A DNA stretch of 64,000 nt. It comes from Eledone cirrhosa. Its lineage: Eukaryota. The stretch is from contig OZ024762.1 of assembly GCA_964016885.1 (NCBI GenBank), positions 26,970,001-27,034,000 of the forward strand, written 5' to 3'. Positions 1 to 12,731 of the stretch are shown in pieces. The notes under the pieces were generated by a model that did not search any database, was not told where the DNA came from, and saw only the letters and a program-made list of their open reading frames with translations. How positions within the stretch are numbered: the first letter of the stretch is position 1; every line of letters begins with the position of its first letter. Both the position numbers and the translations under genes were made by a program.

Positions 1-3000
1 GTGCTCCCTTGGTCTTTCATCTTCCTCACCTATAGTCTGATGTAGAGTGAAGGCCCATTCACACGGGCCATTCTCGCCACTTTCACCCATCTTTCATAGA
101 AACGGCTGGGGTGCAGCACCTCTCTCTCCATCCTGATCCTTCTTCCGAAATGATATCGGAAGAAACGGACCAGTTGTTGGCCAGAGAGAAAGGTGCCTGA
201 CCTCAGTCCTTTCAGACGCGTCCACCATACAACCTCTTTCGCCATGGCTATTACGCACAGAAACACCGCCTCTGCTTCATCTTTGAAGGGGGGAGGCGGC
301 TTGATCATTACAATAGACTCGGTGGTCAACCGGATCGGTCCCACCCTTGACAGCAGTTGTTCGACATAGCCCCACAGATCGGCTACGCCCGAGCAGTGTA
401 CCAATGCGTGTGCAACGGTTTCCTTGTCGCACACGCATCTGGGACAGATCTTTTTGGCGGGGTCCCTACCCGGGCGCCCGTGTCTGTAGAGCCTTTCTCG
501 AACGGGTAAAGCCCCTCGGTAGCACTGCCAGGCCAGGGACTTCTGGAAGTTGTCCATAGGTCCCGGGCTGAATGTCCTACCGAACAGGCTGGCCAGTTCG
601 TCCTCCTCCATGTCTAGGGCTTCTCCGAGGGCGTCGTCGCACCTGCTGCGTACCAGCCCTCTATAGAATGTTGCGGTGGAGTCTCCACTGATAACCGGAT
701 CCGCCTGCCAGAGGGCGGTGAGCTCCCGGGCACACTCAGTGTGCCAGGCGCCCAGTTTTCTCGGTCTTTGCTTGACCCAGGATTGCAGCTCGGTGAGTGA
801 GACGAGTCTGGGAAAGGTTCGTCTCACAAACGAGGCCCACACCGGTTGTCCGGTGAGGAATACGTAGAGGTGCCGTAGCCTTAATGCGTGTTTACGCATC
901 ATTAGCCACGGCATCCCCAGCCCTCCTTTCGAAGGGTGTTGACAGCAGATGGATCTCCTCACCATAGGAGCCCGCCTCTTCCAAAGGAATTGGAAGAGCG
1001 CGCGCTCCATCTTGGTGAGGGTTTCCCTTGGGCAGGGCACTACGGTCAGGCGGTAGTAGATGACGGACGCTATGTAGGTGTTCGCCACCTCCGCCCGACC
1101 TTTCAGGGATAGTTTGCAACTGGCCCACTTCTGGGTCAGTGCAAACACCCTGTTCGTAACCTCCGCCCAGTTTTTCTCCACCTGGAGGTCCGGTCCGAAC
1201 CAGACCCCGAGCAACTTCACCGGGCCCTCCATCCAGCGTCCGACGACGCCATCGGAGGGCATCGGTCTGCCCCTCCACGTGCCGAGTTGCAAACCGATCG
1301 ACTTGTCCCGGTTCAGCTTAGCCCCTGTGAACTTTTCGTACGCCTCCAGTAAGGTGCCGACCGCCTCGATTTCGGAGGCCGTCGACACCATTACTGTCAC
1401 GTCATCGGCGTAGGCCGACACCGCTTTCCGCAATCCCGGTTCCAAAGGGATGCCCTGCAACAACTCCAACTTCCGCAGTAGTGGCTCTAGAGTCAACACA
1501 TACAGAAGGGAGGAGAGAGGGCACCCTTGTCGGATGGACCGCGCGATTTTGAACGGCTCCGAGAGGTAGCCGTTCACCTTGACCCTAGAGCAGATGCGGC
1601 TGCTGTGCATAGCAGTGATCCAGCCCCTGAAAACGGGTCCGAAGCCTGCCGCCGCTAGCACCGCATCCAGGTAACCATGGTCGACCCTATCGAACGCCTT
1701 AGATTGATCCAAGTTGATCAGAGCCCCACCAAAGCCGGGTTCGTTCCCAACCCTCTCTATGATGTATCGCATGAGGTGGAGGTTGTCATGGATGGACCTG
1801 GACGGGATAGCGCATGTCTGCGCATCTCCCACCAGGTTGCCCACGACAAGCGCCAACCTCTTTGCTAGCACCTTGGCCAAAATCTGTAACTCTGTATTTA
1901 GCAGTGTTATGGGCCTGAAGTTACTTATTTCGTCCCCCTTGTTCTCGTCCTTCCTCACTAGCGTGACTACGCCCTTGGTCACAGTACAGGGAATTCTCCC
2001 GTTCTGTTGCCAGTTGCAGTAGACCACCTCGAGGAGATCGGGGAACAAGTCTGCATAGCTAGATATAATTCGTAAGGAAGACCATCGAGACCCGGGGATT
2101 TGCGTTTGCCGCATTGGCTCAGCACGTCCTCTATCTCAGCGGCCGAAATCGGCTCCTCGCAGGACTTCGCCTCCCTGTCCGAGAGGCGCGGCAGGCCGTC
2201 GAGGTATGGACCGAAGTCCACGTTCCCAACCGGCTCCCCGCCCCTCCCGAACAGTCGGGCAAAGTGCCTTTGAAAAGCCTCACACATCTGCTTAGGCTCA
2301 AGAATCGCTCGTCCATCCAGGTCTCGCAAAGACCGGATGGTGGATTTAGTTCCACTGTTGGCCTCTGTCACGCGGGCCCAGCTAACAGCTTTGGTCCCCT
2401 CGTTCCCTAGAGCACGTATTTTACTTCGGACAACGCAGCCTTCGTGCTTCGCGTCGAAAAACTGGCTCAAAGCCGTTCTCGACGCTAGCACTCTGGCCAC
2501 GTCGCCGCTTCTAATTGCCTCTTCTACTCTATCTATTAGCTCCCTTTCCTTCCTATTCCTATCCGCAGCTAGAACCTTACTAAATTCTATCGAGACTACT
2601 CTAATCTCTCTCTTTAGAGATACCCACCACCTGCTGTTGACGATCGCTCCAGTCAACCGTTCCTTAACTAACGTACTAATCCGATTCCTGTAGGCTCTAC
2701 TTGCCGGCAAGGACAAGTTGAGCTTCCAGTAACCGGGGCCCTGTCTATGAGTTCTGTCAAGGTTGACCATGCAGGTCACTAATTTGTGGTCTGAATAGCC
2801 AACCATGCGCATTTTTGGACAACTTAAAAAGTCCTTATCCTTAATTCTAACTAAGAACCTATCTAGGTACGACCTAGATGATCCGCTACGATTTGCCCAA
2901 GTCCAGGTTGGCGCAGTCGGAAAATCTAGTCGATATCTATCGGCCAGGTCAAATCGACCGATTAACCCTTTGAGGCTACTACACCCCTCTCTATCGGGGC

Positions 3001-4094
3001 AGGCCCCTACGTAGTCCCAGCGTGCATCTAGGATACCATTCCAGTCCCCCACTAATAGCAAGGAGCGGGACGTCCCTAGATAAGTCTCCGGACGATGGAA
3101 GAAGTCCGGCCGCATTGACCCGAAAGGGCCGTAGGCGGCTACCAACCTAAACGCTCCGCCTTTACCACTGCCAAGGTCCAGAACCACTAGTCGACCCTCC
3201 GGGTCCAAATGTACCATCTGTGTTCCGAGACCCAGATGTTTTTGCAGCAGAACGACAACTCCACCCCCGCCTCCGGGCTGACAGAGAGATGCGTGCATCT
3301 CAAAGTCATCAAAGGTGGGGGCCAGCTGTTGCACGTTGCTGATCCGGGCCTCGCAAATAACCATCACATCTATACGTTGTGACCTGAGGTCATTTAGAAG
3401 CATTGCTTGCTTCCAAGTTGAGCCCAGGCCACGCGCATTTAAACAGCCTACTCTTAGCATAGCCATGTTGGTGGTGAAGAGAAAAGGCACTTACCTCTCT
3501 GCGTCCCGGGTATCGGGCTGCACAATTTCCATTAGGGTGGGGGATGGGTTGTTGGGTGGGGTGGTGGTTTGTGGAAGTGTGGGGGCATCAGTGTGATGTG
3601 TGGTTGGGGAGCTTGGAGTTGTGTGGGTGTTTGGGGAGGGGGTGGGGTAGTTTTTTAGGAGGACGCGGTTAATGGGCCCGACGCAGGGGGGACCCACGTC
3701 CTCTTTAAAATTGTTTTTTAAAGTTTTATAGGTGTCCTGTGGGGCCTTAATCATTTTGAGGTGGGGGAAATCCCCTGCCTGGGTGAAGTTAGGCCCTTGT
3801 GTTTTTATTAGATTGTTGTTGTACACAATGTTTCACAGTTTTTTGTTTCTTGTATTTATGTATGTGTATGCATGTTTTTGTTTTTGTGTGGTGTTTTTTG
3901 TTTGCTGTTGTTGTGAGCTCTTTTGTGTTGGTGTCAGTGTTATGTTTTGGGGAGGGGTTTTTTTCATTTGTGTGTCTGAGGTGTGTTTTCTTTTTTTTCT
4001 TTTGATTGTGTGGAAGTGCTCCTCCTCGTCTGACGACGAACTAGGGTCATCTTCCGCGTTGGAGGGGAGGGGTATATTTTCGGGTTGTGTTTGC
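1..4094 (-). mobile_element. Tx1/L1-clade non-LTR retrotransposon, copy A (5'-truncated; 3' UTR runs off window start)
   Basis: APE endonuclease, RT and C-terminal CCHC (CPRC..HALVHC). Closely similar to copy B at about 4388 bp offset. The 5' truncation point abuts (GATA)n at 4095. Confidence 0.93.
30..3490 (-). pseudogene. Tx1 ORF2 (EN-RT-zf), copy A, split by a 1-bp frameshift near 2051
   Basis: ORF 1979..3490 has EN motifs LNARG, GDWN, YLDRF, SDHK. ORF 30..2114 has FRPITLLN, DQSKAFD, RQGCPLS, AYADD. Copy A reads aagtctgcatag where copy B reads aagtccggcatag. Confidence 0.9.

Positions 4095-4154
<60 letters not shown>
4095..4154. repeat. (GATA)15 microsatellite between the two Tx1 copies
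   Basis: Read directly from the sequence. Confidence 0.97.
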
Positions 4155-4417
4155 TGTTTCTTTTATTTGCCACCAGGGCATCAAAAGTGGGACAAGTACA
4201 ATGGGGGGAGTTTACAAAACAAGGCGTCCTCAATAAGGAGGAGGCAATAACAATATATAAAAATAAAATAAAATGTAACAAAGAATAAAATTTATAACAA
4301 AGTCCTCAATAGAGAGGAGGCGCCTTGGGGGTTCGCTCACACCCCGAAAAAAGTGTGCAACCCTTCTCCTCAGGAGCACAGAGAAGGGGTGCTCCCTTGG
4401 TCTTTCATCTTCCTCAC

Positions 4418-7400
4418 CTATAGTCTGATGTAGAGTGAAGGCCCATTCACACGGGCCATTCTCGCCACTTTCACCCATCTTTCATAGAAACGGCTGGGGT
4501 GCAGCACCTCTCTCTCCATCCTGATCCTTCTTCCGAAATGATATCGGAAGAAACGGACCAGTTGTTGGCCAGAGAGAAAGGTGTCTGACCTCAGTCCTTT
4601 CAGACGCGTCCACCATACAACCTCTTTCGCCATGGCTATTACGCACAGAAACACCGCCTCTCCTTCGTTTTTGAAGAGGGGAGGCGGCTTGATCGTTACA
4701 ATAGACTCGGTGGTCAACCGGATCGGTCCCACCCTTGACAGCAGTTGTTCGACATAGCCCCACAGATCGGCAATGCCCGAGCAGTGTACCAATGCGTGTG
4801 CAACGGTTTCCTCGTCGCACACGCATCTGGGACAGATCTTTTTCGATGGGTCCCTACCCGGGCGCCCGTGTCTGTAGAGTCTTTCTCGAACGGGCAGAGC
4901 CCTTCTGTAGCATTGCCAGGCCAGGGACCTCTGGAAGTTATCCATGGGTCCCGGGCTGAATGTCCTACCGAACAGGTTGGCCAGTTCGTCTTCCTCCATG
5001 CCTAGGGCTTCTCCGAGGGCGTCGTCGCACCTGCTAACCACCAGCCCTCTATAGAATGATGAGGTGGATTCTCCACTGACCGCCGGGTCCGCCTGCCAGA
5101 GAGCCGTGAGCGCCTGGGCACACTCAGTGTGCCAGGCGCCCAGTTTTCTCGGTCTTTGCTTGACCCAGGATTGCAGCTCGGTGAGTGAGACGAGTCTGGG
5201 AAAGGCTCGCCTCACAAACGGGGCCCACACCGGTTGACCAGAGAGGAATACATGAAGGTGCCGTAGCCTTAATGCGTGTTTACGTATCATTAGCCACGGC
5301 ATCCCCAGCCCTCCTTTCGAAGGGTGTTGACAGCAGATGGATCTCCTCACCATAGGAGCCCGCTTCTTCCAAAGGAATTGGAAGAGTGCGCGCTCCATTT
5401 TGGAGAGCGTTTGCCTTGGGCAAGGCACAACGGTCAGGCGGTAGTAGATGACGGACGCTATATAAGTGTTCGCCACCTCCGCCCGACCTTTCAGGGACAG
5501 TTTGCACTCGGCCCACTTCTGGGTCAGTGCAAACACCCTGTTCGTCACCTCACCCCAGTTCTTCTCCACCTGGAGGTCTGGTCCGAACCAGACCCCGAGC
5601 AACTTCACCGGGCCCTCCGTCCAGCGCCCGACGACGCCATCGGAGGGCATCGATCTGCCCCTCCACGTGCCGAGTTGCAGACCGATCGACTTGTCCCGGT
5701 TCAGCTTAGCCCCTGTAAACCTTTCGTACTCCTCCAGTAAGGTGCCGATCGCCCCGATTTCCGAGGCCGTCGACACCATTACTGTTACGTCATCGGCGTA
5801 GGCTGACACCGCTTTCCGCAATCCCGGTTCCAACGGGATGCCCTGCAACAACTCCAACTTCTGCAGCAGTGGCTCTAGAGTCATTAGATACAGGAGGGAG
5901 GAGAGAGGGCACCCCTCTCGGATGGACCACGCGATTTCGAACGGCTCCGAGAGGTAGCCGTTCACCTTGACCCTAGATCAGATGCGGCTGCTGTGCATGC
6001 CATTGATCCAGCCCCTGAAAACGGGTCCGAAGCCTGCCGCCGCTAGCACCGCATCCAGGTAACCATGGTCGACCTTATCGAATGCCTTAGATTGATCCAA
6101 GTTGATCAGGGCCCCACCAAAGCCGGGTTCGTTCCCAACCCTCTCTATGATGTATCGCACGAGGTGGAGGTTATCGTGGATGGACCTGGACGGGATAGCA
6201 CATGTCTGCGCATCTCCCACCAGGTTGCCCACGACAAGCGCCAACCTCTTTGCTAGCACCTTGGCCAAAATCTGTAACTCTGTATTTAGCAGAGTTATGG
6301 GCCTGAAATTATTTATATCGTCCCCCTTGTTCTCGTCCTTCCTCACTAGCGTGACTACACCCTTGGTCACAGCACAGGGAATTCTCCCGTTCTGTTGCCA
6401 GTTGCAGTAGACCGCCTCGAGGAGATTGGGGAACAAGTCCGGCATAGCTAGATATAGTTCGTATGGAAGACCATCGAGACCCGGTGATTTGCGTTTGCCG
6501 CATTGGCTCAGCACGTCCTCTATCTCAACGGCTGAAATCGGCTCCTCGCAGGACTTCGCCTCCCTGTCCGAGAGACGCGGCAGGCCGAGGAGGTATGGAC
6601 CGAAGTCCACGTCCCCAACCGGCCCCCCGCCCCTTCCGAACAATCCGGCAAAGTGCTTTTGAAAAGCCTCGCACATCTGCTTAGGTTCAAGGATCACCTG
6701 TCCATCCTGGTCTCGCAAAGACCGGATAGTGGATCTGCTCCCTCTTCTGGCTTCTGTCACGCGGGCCCAGCTAACAGCTTTGGTCCCCTCGTTTCCCAGA
6801 GCACGTATTTTGCTTCGGACGATGCAGCCTTCGTGTTTCGCGTCGAAGAACTGGCCCAGGGCCGTTCTCGACGCTAGCTCTCTGGCCACGTCGCCGCTTC
6901 TAATTGCCTCTTCTACGCTATCTACCAACTCCCTTTCCTTCCTATTTCTATTGGAGGCTAACTCCTTACTAAATTCTATAGAGACTACTCTAATCTCTCT
7001 TTTGAGAGATCCCCACCACCTGCTGTTGACGATGGCGCCCGTCAACCGCTCCTTAACTAAAGTGCTAATCCGGACCCTGTAAGCCTTACTTGCCGGTAAG
7101 GACAAGTTGAGCTTCCAGTAACCGGGTCCCTGTCTATGAGTTCTGTCAAGGTTGACAATGCAGGTCACTAACTTGTGGTCTGAATAGCCAACCATGCGCA
7201 TTTTTGGACAACTTAAAAAGTCCTTATCCTTAATTCTAACTAAGAACCTATCTAGGTACGACCTAGATGATCCGCTACGATTTGCCCAAGTCCAGGTTGG
7301 CGCAGTCGTAAAATCTAGTCGATATCTATCGGCCAGGTCAAATCGACCGATTAACCCTTTGAGGCTTTTACACCCCTCTCTATCGGGACAGGCCCCTACG

Positions 7401-7879
7401 TAGTCCCAGCGTGCATCTAGGATACCATTCCAGTCCCCCACCAATAGCAAGGAGCGGGACGTCCCTAGAAAAGTCTCCAGACGATGGAAGAAGTCCGGCC
7501 GCATTGACCCGAAAGGGCCGTAGGCGGCTACCAACCTAAACGCTCCGCCTTTACCACTGCCAAGGTCCAGAACCACTAGTCGACCCTCCGGGTCCAAATG
7601 TACCATCTGTGTTGCGAGACCCAGATGTTTTTGTAGCAGAACGACAACTCCACCCCCACCTCCGGGCTGACAGAGAGATGCGTGCATCTCAAAGTCATCA
7701 AAGGTGGGGGCCAGCTGTTGCACGTTGCTGATCCGCGCCTCGCAAATAACCATCACATCTATACGTTGTGACCTGAGGTCATTTAGAAGCATTGCTTGCT
7801 TCCAAGTTGAGCCCAGGCCACGCGCATTTAAACAGCCTACTCTTAGCATAGCCATGTTGGTGGTGAAGAGAATAGGCAC
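4418..7879 (-). pseudogene. Tx1 ORF2 (EN-RT-zf), copy B, one in-frame nonsense codon at 5978-5980
   Basis: ORFs 5978..7879 and 4418..5965 are in the same frame. TGA stands where copy A has TGC (SSRI-C-SR). Confidence 0.9.
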
Positions 7880-8177
7880 TTACCTCTCTGCGTCCCGGGT
7901 ATCGGGCTGCACAATTTCCATTAGGGTGGGGGATGGGTTGTTGGGTGGGGTGGTGGTTTGTGGAAGTGTAGGGGCATCAGTGTGTTGTGTGGTTGGGGAG
8001 CTTGGAGTTGTGTGGGTGTTTTGGGAGGGGGTGGGGTAGTTTTTTAGGAGGACGCGGTTAATGGGCCCGACGCAGGGGGGACCTACGTCCTCTTTAAAAT
8101 TGTTTTTTAAAGTTTTATAGGTGTCCTGTGGGGCATTAATCATTTTGAGGTGGGGGAAATCCCCTGCCTGGGTGAAG

Positions 8178-8912
8178 TTAGGCCCTTGTGTTTTTATTAG
8201 ATTGTTGTTGTACACAATGTTTAACAGTTTTTTGTTTCTTGTATTTATGTATGTGTATGCATGTTTTTGTTTTTTGTGTGGTGTTTTTTGTTTGCTGTTG
8301 TTGTGAGCTCTTTTGTGTTGGTGTCAGTGTTATGTTTTGGGGAGGGGTTGTTTTCATTTGTGTGTCTGAGGTGTGTTTTCTTTTTTTTCTTTTGATCGTG
8401 TGGAAGTGCTCCTCCTCGTCTGACGACGAACTAGGGTCAACTTCCGCGTTGGATGGGAGGGGTATATTTTCGGGTTGTGTTTGCGGTGCGGGTGTTTTGG
8501 AAATTGTTTTTGTTTTTTGAGTGGAGGGGATGGGTTGGACATTGTTTTGTTTTGGTTTGAGCTGTGGTGGTTGTTTTTGTAGTGGTAGTTGTGGTGATTG
8601 TGTTGGTTGTGCAGTTGTTGGTGGTGTAGGCAGGATTGGGGTTTTCTTATTAAGTTGGGGACAGACAGCCCTCGGGTGACCTCTGGTTCCGCAGAGGTAA
8701 CACGAGGGCCGTCTACCCTCAACGGTAATGTTGATGAAGGTTAGATCATCCAGTATGACGCTTTCAGGGCTCTGGGCGATCCTTTCGGGCCTCATTTGAA
8801 CTACAAGTTCGAGGCTCGTTCCAATGAACGCGTCACCCGATGCCTTTCCCATGGACACCAGCATGTCATCCTCCAGGTCCAGGAAACCTGTCAAAACCCA
8901 CCATATGTCCAT
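8178..8912 (-). CDS. Tx1 ORF1 (gag-like) C-terminal part with CCHC zinc knuckle
   Basis: CYLCGTRGHPRAVC (CX2CX4HX4C) followed by a P/Q/T/K-rich tail, upstream of ORF2. Confidence 0.8.
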   Translation of the reverse strand: MDIWWVLTGFLDLEDDMLVSMGKASGDAFIGTSLELVVQMRPERIAQSPESVILDDLTFINITVEGRRPSCYLCGTRGHPRAVCPQLNKKTPILPTPPTTAQPTQSPQLPLQKQPPQLKPKQNNVQPIPSTQKTKTISKTPAPQTQPENIPLPSNAEVDPSSSSDEEEHFHTIKRKKRKHTSDTQMKTTPPQNITLTPTQKSSQQQQTKNTTQKTKTCIHIHKYKKQKTVKHCVQQQSNKNTRA

Positions 8913-8944
8913 AATCGGCAGGATGGCGTGGATTCATTCAGAAG

Positions 8945-9015
<71 letters not shown>
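8945..9015. repeat. (GATA)~18 microsatellite at the 5' junction of Tx1 copy B
   Basis: Read directly from the sequence. Confidence 0.97.
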
Positions 9016-9320
9016 GCCGAGTAAAATCGGGGGATAAACACAGTTAATAAAGGCACTCTGTACATGAGTAGAGTGTACGTATCATAATTTAATATAGAAA
9101 TGCCTGATGATTTCAAAAGAATGAAACAAATCTACTCCTCTAGGTGCCATCTCTATTTTAAATAATTATATATATATATATATATGTGTGTGTCTGTGTT
9201 TGTGTTTGTTTATGTGTATGTTTGTGTGTGTGTGTGGATGAGTGTGTACCGGGTTCATTTAGGGGTAGCCACAGTAGGTAAGATACACAGTACATAGCCG
9301 AGTATAAATATTTAAGAAAT

Positions 9321-9371
9321 GGCTTCTACAGGTCTAGAACTGTTTCATTCGTAGGAAATCATCAAGAAAGC
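9321..9371 (-). ncRNA. Type I hammerhead ribozyme, variant core TTGATGA; same family as 37613-37665
   Basis: Minus strand: gctttc TTGATGA tttcctacgaat GAAA cagttctagacctg TA gaagcc. Confidence 0.55.
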
Positions 9372-9573
9372 TGACTGTCAATATTATGGTGGTATATATA
9401 TATATATATATATATATATAAGCTAGTGCCGTGACGGGGATGACTTCCAATTGCAAGATTTTTTATATGGAAACGTGTGTTATATGACTCTCCCAAATAT
9501 ACAATATACATAAAGCAAAATTGTCTAGTTTAAATACTCTTTATTATGTCTAAAATCAGAGTAACTACATAAG

Positions 9574-9643
<70 letters not shown>

Positions 9644-10429
9644 TAGATAGATATGAATATAAGGGCGCTGCGGAGTTGCAAATGGGTTACATATGAAAAA
9701 AGTTTGTCCTTCATCAGTGATCTTCCAGCCATCATAGGCATTTCATCGCTTTAAAGACCATATACCTCCGGTTGGTGCGAGCAATGGCTAAAAAAAGACG
9801 TTGGGACACGTAAATAAAGGGGACGCGAGGGTAAACAAACAAAATGGTGAAGCAACAGAAAGTGAGGAAGAAAGAGACAAGTCCCAGATTTCTATGAATT
9901 TAAATTCGGTGAAATCGTGAACGAGAGAATAAAGACCATCAAACCTGGTTGAAATGTGAGCAAGGAAGGAATTTCGGACAGGTCTAACGGGAGGAAGAAG
10001 GGGTCTGGTCTGCGAATTCGGTAAACATAAGTTCTGTGAAATCGTAGACGAGAGAGAGAAAAAATTCATACCAGCTTGGCCAGCGTGCGGGAGAAAAGAA
10101 TTACACACAGGTCAAGCGGAAAGAAAGAGGAGGAGGAGAGGTAGTGACAGAGAATGAGTGAGTGAAGGGTGAGGAAGAGGCTAACAGAGAGAGAGAGACT
10201 GCTAGAAAGGGTAAAGATACATAGAACGAAATATATATATATATATTGTTATACTTGGGGAGGGTCATATTTGTGTAATATTGCCAGAATTAATAACAGA
10301 ACACACTCACTGTTTGGTTGGTTTTCGCTTCTCACTGTCTTTTATATCGGTAATCTAACTTACTCGGTCCTCAATGTTGCCATTGACTGACTGACGGTCA
10401 AAAATAATACAGATACAATATAGACACAA

Positions 10430-10489
<60 letters not shown>

Positions 10490-11026
10490 ATAAATTAATA
10501 TTTATGTTTTATTGATAGCGCACTGTATCTCTCTCTAGTGTGTTACCTTTTCAACATATTGTATTTTAAAGAGCTCAGGATTTCTTCTCCTTTGAGCACA
10601 TTTTATTTATCACATTCATAAGAATTAATATAAGTTTAACTCTGTAAGTATACCTATCAATTAATTAAATTTCCTTTTATGTATCTAGATTCCTTGAAAT
10701 TTAAACAGGAGTAGTATTTCTCACTAACACCCTCATCCCACAAAAAATTATTTTCCCTTCGCTTTTAATAGCATTCCTTAATAACATCAATTTTGGGGGA
10801 ATCCTTCACTATCTCATTGACTTGACCTCATTTTAACCCCTTTCTTTCTATTGCTCCTTATTCTTTTCATTCAAAGCATAAATTTACATTCCTCCACTCC
10901 TAGCATAAAGTTCAACTACTGTTAGTCTATCAACTTGACCTCTAACTCTTTTCTATTGGTCAATTCAAAACCTGTTTCCAAACAGACTTTTTGTATTAAT
11001 ACTTTGTTTCTTTCAATAAACATACT

Positions 11027-11168
11027 TCATCATTTCTGAAGATGGCATATATAGGTGAAGGTATGTATATCTCCTCTGATAATTTGTAATTTTTTTTCTA
11101 GATCTTTAATATGATATACATTCCAACACACACATATATATATCCCAGAAACGACCGTAACGTGATGA
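11027..11168 (+). ncRNA. Hammerhead ribozyme with ~105-nt stem II region; same family as 29272-29424
   Basis: CTGAAGA at 11036; GAAA cgaccg TA from 11148; partial stem I. Confidence 0.5.
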
Positions 11169-11440
11169 TTTCTTTTTAATGTAAGGAACCTGCTCGTTGC
11201 TTTTATTTCATGGTTTTTATTAATATATACTGTATATATATATGTTCGTTGTAAGAAACGAGAATATATATCGTGAAATGCGACAGTTAGTTGATGCGTG
11301 AGAGAAAAAGTTTGTCTGAACGCGAATTCCACATGTGCGTGTGTCCGTTTCTTTGAGTATTCTCATAGTTTGTCGATAAATTTGCTGTGTATTCGTAATG
11401 TTACCCACACAACTCCAGAATCTGCTATCTTTTTCTTTTT

Positions 11441-11837
11441 TCGGGGTGACCACTTATAGCGATGAACGGCTGCGTGTTTGTATCACGTCAGGGTTACCAA
11501 TGTAGAGAGAGTACTGGGTTGTATGAATGTAACAAGGAATACATTGTTTGTGTGTATAATATTTAATTAACAATGGTAGATAGTATAGTTGAAATGTCAA
11601 AGAAATAGATGATAGAATGAAACAAAGTTAGTCGTTACCGTTTTGATTGCCAGCCAAACGCGGCTGGCAGAGGACGCCTGGCCAAGGCCAGGCGCCGGGA
11701 GGCCAAATGAGAGGCAGAGCCAAATGAGAGAGTGAGAACTTAAAGTTGTTAGTTTTATAGGGTTCTGACCGGAAGTTACAGAAAGGGTTCTACTTCCCGT
11801 CTAGATGTTAATCCAAACAAGGGAGACAACCGCTACA
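11441..11837 (-). mobile_element. LTR retrotransposon LTR (11455-11837) plus primer-binding site (11441-11452)
   Basis: Minus strand starts TGTAGCG and ends CGCTATA (inverted termini), with a TATA-like CTATAAAA. It is followed by AG-TGGTCACCCCGA, one mismatch from the tRNA-Trp-type PBS TGGTGACCCCGA (recalled). Abuts (TA)n. Confidence 0.65.
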
Positions 11838-11852
11838 TATATATATATTATA

Positions 11853-11929
<77 letters not shown>

Positions 11930-12052
11930 TATATATATAGGAAAAAGTATGACCTCACTCTACTACCCTAAGTATTGAGTACTCTGGTGCGTTATGGTCC
12001 ATCTGGTTCCTTACCATATTTCCTTTGTTTTATATGTATATATATATATATA

Positions 12053-12657
12053 TGGTGGCTGCCAACTCGTTTTCAAGTACGCCCATGACTTTATATCCAT
12101 GTAGGAGAACTCCTACCGATGCGCTGAACGAGTGACTTTTTAGTCCAGCCAGCGACTTGAAAACTCTGAAACAAACACTACAATTGTAACAATTATTGAC
12201 ACATAGTGCTGGGCCCATGGTACCATGTGGCGACAAGTGCAGAGATCTCCAGATATAAAGTAATGCTTATGCCGTGAAGCTTTTATAGTGAGCAAAGGCA
12301 CTGCACAACGCCAGTCCCACTCTCTTAACCAAGATGATATTTACCAAAAAGAAGAACAAGTCAACATCTTTGGATACCATCAGGGTTGCAGGTGTTATAT
12401 AAGAGTTTTCCTTCTCCTAGAATTCTGCCTTGACAAAGGCTAAGGGGTCATCTCTCCCTGTGATTTTGGATGGCCATTGACTCTTACGAGCTCCTTTGCG
12501 CTTTGACAGGTTTTGTTTTTAGTCCTGCAGGATGTCCAAAGTCACCCTCCTCACCAAGAAACCTTGGTGGGGTTGCCAGTTTAGTCGCCAACGACCCGAC
12601 CATGAGACAGGTTGTACTGGGATACATGTTACCAGTAGCACCAACTGGTGACTTGAC
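12053..12657 (-). mobile_element. RTE-derived non-autonomous retroelement (SINE-like), copy 1
   Basis: Three copies in the window, all ending GGCAGCCACCA-(TA)n. The 3' part encodes a C2H2 remnant (CSVC.R.FKSLAGLKSH) like RTE C-termini. Confidence 0.75.
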
Positions 12658-12731
12658 ATATATATATATACTCCTATATTCATACATATATTATAAGTAT
12701 ATTAATGTGAGTATGTATATATATATATATA

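Larger units (their letters stand above)
4155..8944 (-). mobile_element. Tx1/L1-clade non-LTR retrotransposon, copy B (complete 3' end; 5'-truncated in ORF1)
   Basis: ORF1 remnant with zinc knuckle, ORF2, and a ~260-bp 3' UTR ending AATAAAAGAAACA directly before (TATC)n. (GATA)n lies on both sides. Confidence 0.93.

Noticed and set aside
347-8520. Plus-strand ORFs antisense to Tx1 that recur in both copies
   Set aside because: They are shadow frames of a duplicated GC-rich coding region.
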